Of a DNA stretch of 64,000 bases, positions 52,979-64,000 are shown piece by piece (positions within the stretch are counted from its first letter, which is position 1; each line of letters begins with the position of its first letter). The notes below the pieces were generated by a model. The model ran no database searches. It was not told where the DNA came from and saw only the letters and a program-made list of their open reading frames with translations. The position numbers and the translations under genes were made by a program. The stretch comes from Podarcis pityusensis. Its lineage: Eukaryota. The stretch lies in assembly GCA_964106645.2 (NCBI GenBank), contig OZ067040.1. One strand, 5' to 3'.

Positions 52979-53173
52979 CAGTGGTACCTCAGGTTACAGA
53001 CTCCGCTAACCTGGAAGTTAAGAACTTTAGCTCAGGATGAGAACAGAAATCGTGCGGCGGCATGGCGGCAGCGGGAGGCCCCATTAGCTGAAGTGGTACC
53101 TCAGGTTAAGAATGGTTTGAGATTAAGAACGGACCTCCAGAACGAATTAAGTTCGTAACCAGAGGTACCACTC
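52979..53173. mobile_element. Tc1/mariner MITE, orientation B, internally deleted
   Basis: TA|cagtggtacctcaggttacagac...gaggtaccactc|TA. Confidence 0.85.
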
Positions 53174-53694
53174 TATTATAGACTGTAATCCTGTGGGTAC
53201 AGACCTTCTATATCTTTTCAGTGTAATGTGACATGTATATAGATGGCACTATATTAAAAACATCACTATTGTCAGGGGTTGCACTGCTCACGTAACCTGC
53301 CCACCCTCCATCAACCACCCACCCTCTCCCTTTACAGATCACCCCCAAAACCCCATCCCCTCACAGCTCTTTTACCTCCCACATCCCCACCTACCCACTA
53401 CCCTCACACCATCTACCCTGCTATTGACACATTGCCAATCTCCTCTCCCCTCACAACTCGCCCCAGTCCCAAGATCCTGCTGCTGCTGCCGCCATGCACC
53501 GAGGAGAAAGGAATGAAGAGAAGAAAGTCTTTCTCCCCCTTTGCCCCACATTGCTGTTCACAGAAGTACACTTCCTGAAATGCACCCTTCCTTCTAGTGG
53601 CAGTGGAAGGTTTGGAAGGCTTCCCCAGCCACCCTCAGTGGTGGTAGCGATGGCGACAATTCATATCATGCTGTGATTTGTTCTACTGTTTACT

Positions 53695-53893
53695 GCCTTT
53701 ATTTCCCACTTTTTCTTCAAGGAGCTCAAGATGGCACACATACTTCTCCTTCTCATTTCATCCTCAACACTATTCTGGTAGGTTTAGTTGAAAGCGAGTG
53801 GGTGGCCCAGTCACCCAGTGAGCTTTTTGGCTGAATGGGGATTTGAACCTCTCAGATCCTAGTTCAACACTCTAACCACTACACCACGCTGGC
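53695..53893 (-). mobile_element. MIR/CORE-like tRNA SINE
   Basis: caaggagctcaag...cacccagtgagcttt...gggatttgaacc...cactctaaccactacaccacgctggc, same family. Confidence 0.78.
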
Positions 53894-54979
53894 TCTCTGG
53901 TGGGAAAATGCTTTGAATCATGAACTATTTAGTTTAGCTAAGTCTGGCCCCCTGTTTTTGTCAACGCTCTTACTACAAGTAGCAATTGTTACACTTTTCG
54001 CTTGGAAAGAATTGGTATCACAAGGAAGCAAATCCATTCTGTTCGTCTACTAACAGTCCACATAGTGCCATTTTAATGAGAAAGCGGGATGCTTGTTCTG
54101 TGATGACTACAGAGCTATGGAAAATATGATTTCTGTTTGTATGCATTTGCATTAGCACACATGTTTGGCAACAGAACAGACAGCTTTGAGAAATTAAATG
54201 GTAGACTTGCACAGCTTCTCTCAAACAAGCTGTAGCAGAAAAACAGTTTTAAATGCTGTTTTCAGCCATTAATGGGGGGGGGGGACACCCTGAAGGTTTG
54301 TTTATATGCTTTTCATAAGCAGGAAGGAAATGCCTTGCATTACTCAGCAGTGAATCCTCCAAGCAATTAAGAGTGACGTTAATAAACAGATGAATATTTT
54401 CACCAGAAAGATGGATTTTACAGGCAAGAATGCACCAGCAGAAAAACTATACTTATTTGAAAATGATGCATGCATTCTCCTGCCCATTAAGAGACGTACT
54501 TTACATTCCATAATATTAAATCAGCAAGTACCGTATGTAAGACAGGGTCTTTTCTGTTGTGGCTCCAATTGAACTTCAACTGTGTCCCCAGGGAGGCCCC
54601 CAATACTGGACACTTCCCTTTGATCAATTTAAAACACTTATTCCATCAAGATATTATTCCATCACCACCACCCCCACATTTTATTTATTGGTTCACAGGC
54701 CCTGCTTCTGTGATGTTAGGAGCAAACCGAGAACAGAAATTTAGTGACACTTTTCCTGGTGTTGAGATAAGTGGTGCGAAAAACATTACCTGCTAGATTC
54801 TTGTGTATGAAGTTGCTGTTCATTGTTTAGGAGCAGAGCTAATAAAAAGAGGCAATCTAACTTTGATTTCTTTATGGCAGTATGTTGCCATCTGTATTTT
54901 GCAATATTGTTATTGATGTAAGATATGCAAGATGACAGAGGTTATTGTTTAGTTGCTTTTGTTTTAACTATTTATTTGT

Positions 54980-54982
<3 letters not shown>

Positions 54983-55018
<36 letters not shown>
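54983..55018. repeat. (AT)n microsatellite
   Basis: Direct reading. A shorter (TA)n lies at 181-202. Confidence 0.95.
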
Positions 55019-55022
<4 letters not shown>

Positions 55023-57075
55023 CAATACATATAAATGAACATATGGAAATTTTATGCCAGTTAACATCCCTTTTTTGTGCTTTTATTTTGAACGATATCT
55101 CTTTTGTGACACCCTACACAACACAGGCCTACGCAGTTCCCTGTCCCAGAATGCTGCAGCAGCTGAATTGTCAAAAGAGGTCTATATCATTGGGAGAGCA
55201 CATCACAGTCATATCTCTCATCCCTATACATGTTATATTGAAACAATGGCTCCCGGGGTGGGGACGACAAAAGCAAACTCTCTTGAGCCGAGAAAACACA
55301 TATATTATTAACATTTTAAAAAAAAACTGAATAAAGGAATAAAGATGGTGTGGGTACACAGACAATTATGACATTACAATTCAAAGTCCAAAGTGGAATA
55401 AATATAATTGGTGAATAAATAGGTTTTCTTTCTTCAAAGGGCATACATTTATACTTTTCCAGAACAGCTGAGAAGCCATTTTGAGTTTGAGCCACATTGT
55501 TTAAGGAACTGTGAAATAAAAGCCTTAGAAAGTAAAACCTAAAACTATTAGTATGATGAATTGAGGCAAGGGAGCTGCATACAGAAGAATGAAACAATTT
55601 CATACTAAGCGGGAAATGATTAAGAGAAGAGGCATCTGAAATATCTAAACTAGCCAGGCCCAGGAGCCATTTTAAATTACTGCAGTAGAGTCAACTGACA
55701 CTATTAAAATATAAAATTACATTTCTATAGGGAAAAGGTACTGACCTACTTTAACCTCAAAATATGTGAGGGGTTTAAAAAAATGCTTGCTGTTGTTTAG
55801 CTGTATGTTAACATTATTTTCTATAGATTTCACTGTTTTCACGGGGCATGACTTTGACAACAGTAATAAGAAAGGCAGTGGCCCTGAGTAGCAGCAACAA
55901 AATCTTAAGCAACTTTGAAAGCATGCAGAGAATGACAGGTTCTGAGGCTGCAGCAGCCAAGACCAGAATGGATGGGCCAGCCAGAAATATTGATAGTTAT
56001 TGGGGCATGACTTTAATTTTTTTTAAAGACTTTGATTTTCGTAAGAAAACTTCCTATACTACTGGGTTAAATTAACTGCCAGTAATCAGAAAGCATTGTT
56101 ACACGTGGGCACCCTACTTCTGAGCAGTGAAAATTTTCGGGGCGGGGGGAAGCATTCACCTAGGGCTCCATTTCATTAGGAATGAGGTCACTGGAGGCTT
56201 CCGGCATTTTTTTGCTATAAAGTCTATTTACACATCCGTAAAGGCTGAGCGTAAGTGGAAGACACTCTGCGTTAACATTCCAACAGAACCTGCTCCCCCA
56301 TTAGGGATAACCCAAGGTCCCTCAGAGCTCCCAAGAAATTGTACAACTCTCACCTTTTATTCAGGCTGTTCCCAAAACCAAATACAATGACATCTTTTCC
56401 CACAATTCCCAAATGGCCCATTCGTTGAGACATCTCCTTATTGGAAGCAGACCACTTGACCACTCTGCCAGATTCTTCAAGATAACCTCCACCAATCCCA
56501 TTAACCCTCTCTTTACTAAACTTTAGTCTAAGAACCAAGAGTCACAGGGCTATAAGGAATCCCTGACCTGACCTTCAGACTAACTCCCCGTCAAATGCAC
56601 AGCAGCATTTTCATCCACTCTGAAGGGTCAGTGAGCAGCCCAAACTTAGATATTCCTGAAAGAGGAGTTGGAGCTTTCTGACTTTGCCTTCTGCCAGGGA
56701 TAAAATCTACAGTACCTGAGTCCATCTCTAGTCACACCAGAATCTGCATGCAGATGCAGATTTCAATGTGCAGCCAAGCATACGTCCCATTGAAAGCAAC
56801 ACAGTGCAGATAGAAGATAGTCATGTTCCCACAGGCATCCAAAGGAGCACCCAGCACATCCCCACAGGCCCCTGACAACACTATAGGAATGCCACTATTC
56901 CTTCGGTTCTTGTGCAGAAATAACTCAGATATATTGGATTATTTTGCTGGACTTCACTGACTGTCTGAAAATAATATAGCAGGCCTCTACCATTTCTAGG
57001 ATTACCAACCTATGCTGGCACATCTTTCTTGGCCTAGCAAGGGCCACTTCTGTTCTAAACAGCTATGGACACAAC

Positions 57076-57210
57076 CAGTGCTTTTTTCTGGGGGGACACA
57101 GGGGTACGCATACCCCTAAACATTTTGTGAATCTAGGTTTAGCAGTATTTCAATGTGAGTAGGAAAATGAGAGTACCCCTAAACATTTTATTTTTGGGGG
57201 GAAAGCACTG
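57076..57210. mobile_element. hAT-type MITE (135 bp)
   Basis: TIR cagtgcttt / aaagcactg, a perfect 8-bp TSD gacacaac (57068-57075, 57211-57218), and an internal direct repeat tacccctaaacatttt. Confidence 0.9.
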
Positions 57211-60200
57211 GACACAACATGATCAATCCCAGGTAAACTGGCAATCCTATACTGGTGCAATTTGTATTATTTTTGCTTATTGTGAGGCACAATTTATTGA
57301 CATGTAGGACTTGTAGGCATAAATTCATAGATGCAAGAACTTAGTTTATTTTGTGCATTCTGAATTTAGCAGCACTCTGTTTCCAAAGCTAAAAAATAGT
57401 TAAGGAGTTGCAGACATGAACAACTGTTAAAGAAACTTTCTCGGTGAACTCATGGTGTCCTTTCAGCAAGCAGCTCTAGTCCTAAGCACCACCCGCAAGG
57501 GAGTTTAAAATGCAGTTTAGAGGCATGGTTGGGGGAGCGGCTGAATGGAAACTCAGAAAATAACTTGAGCATCTATATATGCACGTCTCTGTGGATTGGA
57601 CTGGAAGATTGATGTACTAATTAATTGCACTGTTCTGGAGCTGAAGCATTGCGATTCATGATATAGTTTAAAACGTATCAACTGCATTTTTGAATGTTTC
57701 ACTGCTTATGGAGGAGTGACATGTCATTTAAATGTTCACCCTTCCATCTACAAAAGGAACTGTTGGTTCTTTGAATATATTCAGATGATGTGCTTACAAA
57801 AATATTCAATAAATCAATAGGTGGGTAGACAGATGCCATTTTAGTGCACAAGTCCTTCAGCAACTTCAAAATTACTACCAGATTTAGAACCATCAGATTG
57901 TCACATGGTAAAATATCTTCACTAATGGCTGCTCTAGTATCAAACAGTCTTTTAGGTTACAGCAGGTCACAGTGCAAAAGATCCTCTGCTGATAGCCTTA
58001 AGGCTGCCAATGGCTACTGGCACAAGCAGAACGGCGAGGGATTTTTGTTACTCATCTTCAGTGACTTTAGTAGGGCTGGTGAAAAAGCATGCAAGGGAAC
58101 AGTGTCTTCCAAGCAATAAAATACCGGTATGCCATTTTGAGTACCAGGAACATGAGATTGCCTTGCAACAAAAGGGATTCCTGGAGGGAAAAATATCTGG
58201 ATCAGTCATACCTGTTTAGATATGACCTTATATAGGTTTTATACTGCTTTAACTGTCTTGGCTTGCCCCAAAGAATCTTGGCAACTGTAGCATATAGCAA
58301 TAATAAGAATATTCTATATAAAATCCCTGACTACTTCCAAACTAAACTACAATTCTCAGGAGCACTTACAGGAAGAAGGAATGTCAGCTAAACTGGTTCA
58401 GATCTGGAATATTGGCATGCCTTCAATAACAAATGTAATTTTATCACACACACAAAATTTTCCACATAGATCCTTTGTAGTTTTCATGCATAGCCTAGTG
58501 TAACGGGCTATGTGCCAGGTCAGATATGGAGAGGGCAAAAGCAACAGCAAACTGTAAGCACCCATCAAAAGTATAATTCTGGGGTCAATTAATATGAAAC
58601 TTTTGCATTTTGCTACCTATTACTCAACTCTGGGTGATGAGTTGTAGCCTAAATTTATTGCTAAGTACAGGATTGCATCAAAACTTTTACTATGCATTTT
58701 CATGTGCACTTGTGTTGGTCAACCATGTTCACAAATGTATAGTTTATGGTAACGGTTGGACTTGGTGTAGAAGGAAAAAGAGCAGCAATAATGGTATTTG
58801 GAAGACTAGCTAAATTGTGGGCAATTGGTAAGGTGGGAGTAGGTTGTGGGGCGGGGGGAAATAAGGGCAGAAGAGCTAAATGAACAACAAAAAATGTGCT
58901 GATGTATCATTTCCCCTGAAGTTTGTTTTGTAAAACCTGCTCCAATGATGCAATCCCCATGGAGAGAAAACAGCAAGAAAGGAATGCTCAACTATTTCAT
59001 AGTGTCATCTATGGCTGGCATGTCAGGAGTTACGTAAGCTGTTTCTGAAACAACTGTGGGAACTCTCAAGTTCATTGTATGATGCGGGGAGGGGGAATTA
59101 AAGACACGGTGTTCCACACCCTTTCCCAACTAGAGAGCCAAGAAAAACTCCCATGGAAATTTCATAAAGCTTTATCATAATGATAAAAATCAGAGAAGAT
59201 TTTTTAAAATCTATTAACATCAACAACAAACTCCTAAACAGATATTTGCATACAGCAAAAAAAGAAAAAGCTATATTTTATAACTAGGATCTTTCGAAAA
59301 TGAATCACAAACTTCTCTCCGATAGTGAATTCTGAGCCAACACCACAGTGGTGTGAGCACAGCAGATGCTACAGGGCTTAATTGGGAAATGAAAAGAACC
59401 AAGGAGAAAACGTGGCTAGAATGTGGTGGAGCATTCCTAATGTCTGAAAGCCCACAGTTCTGAGCATGTATTTACCCAAGGTGAGTAGGCAGAAATCTTG
59501 CAAAAGGTGAAAGCATCCAAGGCTAACTGAAGCATATGGATAATATCAAGAGTCATTTATAACTTGTTTTCCCCTGTATTTCATCCGAAACGTTCCCCCT
59601 TTGTTTAATTTATTGAGCTTACTATAAACCAGATATGAAAGCTGCGAGTATAAACCAACATTTGCAGACATCAGAAGATATTTAGCCAAGCCTCGCTAAA
59701 CAAACGAGCACATGGGATTTAACCCGAGGCAGCTGAACTGTGTGTCACTTGGCTTAACTCTTCCCTCACTGAAAAGCATCCAGCTAGACCAAACACAGCT
59801 CTTTCAAGTGGAAGGCTGTCAGATGGAGAAATAAACATACTCTCAATAGGAAATGCCTTTTCGGCCAGACGGTGGGGCTGTCAGCACTCACACTTTCTTT
59901 TGCCATTTCATCTCTTCGCCATTGTTATTAGCAATCAAACATTGCCAAACCACTGTAGGATATACTGCAACCAAATAACCAGCCCAAATATAGACACCCT
60001 TCAACTCTAGACATATTGTGCTTTGAAATAGGATACTGTTATTGAAAGATTAATTCTTAGGTGGTAGACTGGGCTGTTGTACTTCAGACTGCAGGGTCTA
60101 CATTTCTAATGCTTCCCAATATTAAAGCAGAAAAACTGGCATAGCAGGCTAAGTGCTGGACTAGGAACCCCCTCCCCCATGGGCTAGTTTTCTATTTTCA

Positions 60201-62884
60201 CTTGGTTTTGTGTGGCATTCCTCACTTTTAACCTGAAGTGGCACAGTCAAGACCATTCTACCACCTCAACTCATTCAGCTGCATGAATTGATGCAGTTGG
60301 AGGAATTCAATGTCACACCCTTATGATGGTTCTATCAGTGCTAGCATTTTTGCTTGTCAGAAAGAATGGTCCCTCCCCTCCCCTTCCCCTGTGTGCTGTT
60401 CTAGGGGTTCTCCCAACCCTTCAGAGTGGATTTGGGGAATGCCTGGCCTCCTGATCCTCCCACCAGTGCAGCCACACAGTACTGCCCTCCTCACCACATC
60501 AGCTCTCCCCTCCTAGTAAGCTACAATGACAACGTTGCCAGGAGGCCATGTGTACCCCACCACACCTCCATGCCACTCACCGCTGAATGCATCTAAACCT
60601 AAGACTAGTTAATATAGCACAGAGATGGGGAAGTTTTTTTCAGTCTGAGGGAGATCATAGGCTGCATACCAGTGAGTGGGACCAGAGGCAAAATCTAAAT
60701 GGGAAAATGGATGGGATGTTGCAGATATTAATATTGCACAGTTTGAACTGCCTAGGTGCATGAAAACTGACTCCTTTTGGAAATGAAGCATTATCTAGAC
60801 CCATACAAATATTATTCAAATTTTACTAGCAGAACTCTTCAAAATAAAACAGAAACATTAAATGATACATCCAAAATATCCATACAGTGTCTTGTGCTCA
60901 GTATCTTACTAACTGTGAAATAATTCCAACAGATCTAGAAGCAGAGGTCTGTCTCTTCCCACAGCATCCATTTTTAGCCTGGAACCGTTTTCTCTCTCAC
61001 TCACTCAGAGAAAGTCTTTTACACGTCCTTACTTCACAGAGCCTTGAGACAAAAGGCACAAAGGCAACTCCCTTCAAAATGAAGATTTGCAACCCAATAC
61101 CTTCGTCACATGATCTAAGGTTACAACACTCACATGTTAGTTACCAGACAACAACAATTAGTTAGTTAATTATCAACTCAGCAAGAGCTCAGAGTCCTCT
61201 CCTTGGTTTTAATATAGTCCCATGGAAAACCCCCATGTTAGCAACCCTTCATCCATTTTTCATTTCTGTGCCAATTAAACCATTATATTTAATATGGGAC
61301 TCCTACCTTTGTATAGCAGACTACAGTTCACTCAAGTCAGACACCCTTCTCCATTCAGACACATGTTCCTCTCCATTCAGGCATGCAAGAAGTGTTGTCA
61401 CAGTTCAAGGACACATTCTAGCATTTGAGGATGTTGCTGAGCAGAATCTGCCAGGGGTGTGGCCTAGGGAAGAGGCATGGCTTAGAATAAGCCCTGAGGA
61501 CCAAATAAAGGGGCCTGGATGGCCACATTCACCCCCACCCAAGGCCTAATGTTCCCCACCCTCAGGAGAGAGTGTTGGGACTTGGACTTGTATCTTGTAT
61601 TTGTGTCTTAGTTTTCATCCAAGTCCCACTCAGCCATAAAGTCTATTGTGCGACTTTTCCTTTATCCATCACTGTCTCTCAGTTTAGCCTGTGTAAACGA
61701 AGCCTGAGCGCTTTGAAGGGAGAGGGGAGGCTGGAAGTGGAATATCTCTTTTTATATATATTTTTTAAAAGTCATGTTATTAATTGGCTTGCTATACGTA
61801 ACTACCAATAATTTGTCACAGAAAGCATCAAGCCAGCATAAGTAATCCCCAATAACTTATCACACAAACAGTAACAAAGTTGGGTGGTGGATGGAAATGA
61901 CTCGTTTGCAAATGGAGCCAACAAATAAGTCTCTGGCAATGCTGAGCTTTGTATTTTCATGTTTACATCTGCACAGTGTCAGAACTGGAGATGTGCATCT
62001 GGTTGGGATCACTAACGTGGAAGTAAAATTTGTTCAACAGGCTGCGTAATTTCTGCATGCTATAAATCAACTCAGACGTCACATAAGGAGAGACACAAAC
62101 AGCCTTTCCCCAAAAGTTCAAGCTTCTTCCTGCAGAGTTTCAAATGAAATGTTCGTCAAATTTGGGGAAATCTAAAATGTGACAGGAGGACGGGGAGGGT
62201 TTTCTTTTTTCTTTTCTTTTCTTTTCCATCTGGTGGTGGGTAAGCTAATAAAATCCCTGCCGAAAAACAAACTAACAGGATGCTTTGCTTCTAGCCTTCC
62301 ACACACTTGTTAAGTTGTTACACCTAAAAAAACCAGAGCAAAGATACACGTGTGAAAATATGTTTAGTGTTATGTGCAAATGGCCTCTCAAAATAATCCA
62401 CCCTGTCAGTGAGCGGAGCTTTGGGCCATGGGGAGGGGGGCATTTTCTGTGGTTTCTCAAGTGTGCTACTCATCATTCACAGTGGCAATAGCACAGTTGT
62501 TTTCATTTTGCTTAAGGTGCTTTGTTTTGTTAGGCTGCAAGTAGTAGCAGCAGCAGCAGCAGCAGCAACAATGATGCTAGCAACCTTACAGCCATTTTGC
62601 ATTCCCTGCAACGCCCTAGCATCATTCCAGGCCATAGGGAGAAAAGGGTGGTGGTGAAGAACATTCAGAGAAAATTCTGCAGAATAGCCTGCTTTATTTT
62701 TTATGGTGGGGAGGAGGTGAGCAAATGGAAAATCTCAGATCTCAGAGATTTAAAACGTTGAAAACAACTTTCTGCTCTCTTCCATGTGTTACAAATTCAG
62801 GAAGGAGGGGAGATCATTGCCCAGGGAAGTTAAAATATATGTTAATAAAAAGCAGATGTGACAATGAGGGTTGTCTTCAGCATA

Positions 62885-63076
62885 GGCTGCATACACAGTA
62901 TACCTTTAAAGCACATTCGAAACACATTAGTTCCCGCAAAGAATTCTGGGAACTGCAGTTTACCCCTCACAGAATTACAATTCCCAGCAGCCCTTAATGA
63001 ACTACAGTGCCCAGAATTCATTGAGGGGAAAGAATGTGGTTTGAATGTGCCTCAAAGGTATGGTGTATACACAGCC
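62885..63076. mobile_element. Palindromic MITE (superfamily uncertain)
   Basis: TA|ggctgcatacac...gtgtatacacagcc|TA, with long imperfect inverted arms (gaattctgggaactgcagtt / aactacagtgcccagaattc). Confidence 0.75.
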
Positions 63077-64000
63077 TACGTTTTATTCGAAGTAGATGCA
63101 TTAGAAGTTAGTCATGCCTATTAATTTTAATGAGGCTATTCTGAGTGTGACAACCCTATGAAGACAATTAAAAAATGATTATTTGATCTAGTAATTCACT
63201 TGTATTGGATTCATGAGAGAATGCACTCCCCCAGTGCATTTAGGTGTAGCAAAAGGAATTCTACTGTAGTATAGTAGAACATCATCATCATCATCGTTGT
63301 TGTTGTTGTTAATGAACAAGGGACCAGACCCAACTCCCATATTTTTATATTGCTTTTTACATGGAAATATTCTGCAGCACAGCACATAAAAAAGGATGTT
63401 ACATAAAAAAAAATCTATTGCCCTGCATTTTTCTACATTAGTTCACTGTTTGCTTATGAGTGCCATAGAAACAGAGACTTATGTAAAGCAAATGCTGCTC
63501 TTCAAAATAAGCCCAGCACCAATCTTCTTAGCACCAATCTGAGCAACATAAAAAGTTTAATTCTGAAAAACAATGGATTCGAAATAAAACTGCCGCCTGT
63601 TGCCTGCAGAATTCAGTGCTAAATTATTCAGAACTATATCTTTGTACAAGGGAAGAATATTGATGCAGTCTGAGCTTTTGAGAAACGTTATAATTCTTCT
63701 CATATTGGCTATTCAGAGAAAACATATTGCCAGCAGAGCCTTATTTCTCTGAGCCCATACAAATAAGCAACATGGACCACTTTCTCTCCCCGCCCCCCCC
63801 CCCCCGCCCAAGGAAAGCTCTTTTCAGAAACTGGAGCGCTGAATTGTGTCCTTAAGTTTCTTTAGGTCCACTTGCTTAATCTCCTTACATTTTGGGCTGC
63901 TTGGCTTGTATTTATACTCACACACCGCAGGATGCCATGGGTGTATATTAATTACTCATAAAATGCCCATTTATTTCCCGCCCCTGGGATCTCGTATCAG

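Overview
Eukaryotic (vertebrate) genomic DNA, most likely from a squamate reptile (probably a lacertid lizard; inferred from the SINE/MITE repertoire). The window holds the 5' part of PDE10A (cAMP/cGMP phosphodiesterase 10A) on the minus strand. A CpG-island first coding exon (ATG at 40961) of the PDE10A2 type is followed by a 129-bp exon (9380-9508) and a 29-bp exon (3709-3737), all with GT-AG boundaries and matching phases. They join as [74 protein letters not shown], and the gene continues beyond position 1. The rest is intron (31.4 kb intron 1, 5.6 kb intron 2) and upstream sequence, dense with decayed mobile elements: Tc1/mariner-type MITEs, hAT-type MITEs with 8-bp TSDs, tRNA-derived SINEs, L2/CR1/RTE LINE fragments and a decayed DIRS retrotransposon. 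I found no evidence for a new multi-gene system, and nearly all ORFs in the track are chance ORFs. The best leads are regulatory: a 330-codon AUG-free open frame directly upstream of the PDE10A start, candidate alternative first exons, inverted MITE pairs in intron 1, and nested TE insertions. Family assignments come from recall and manual reading, not database searches.
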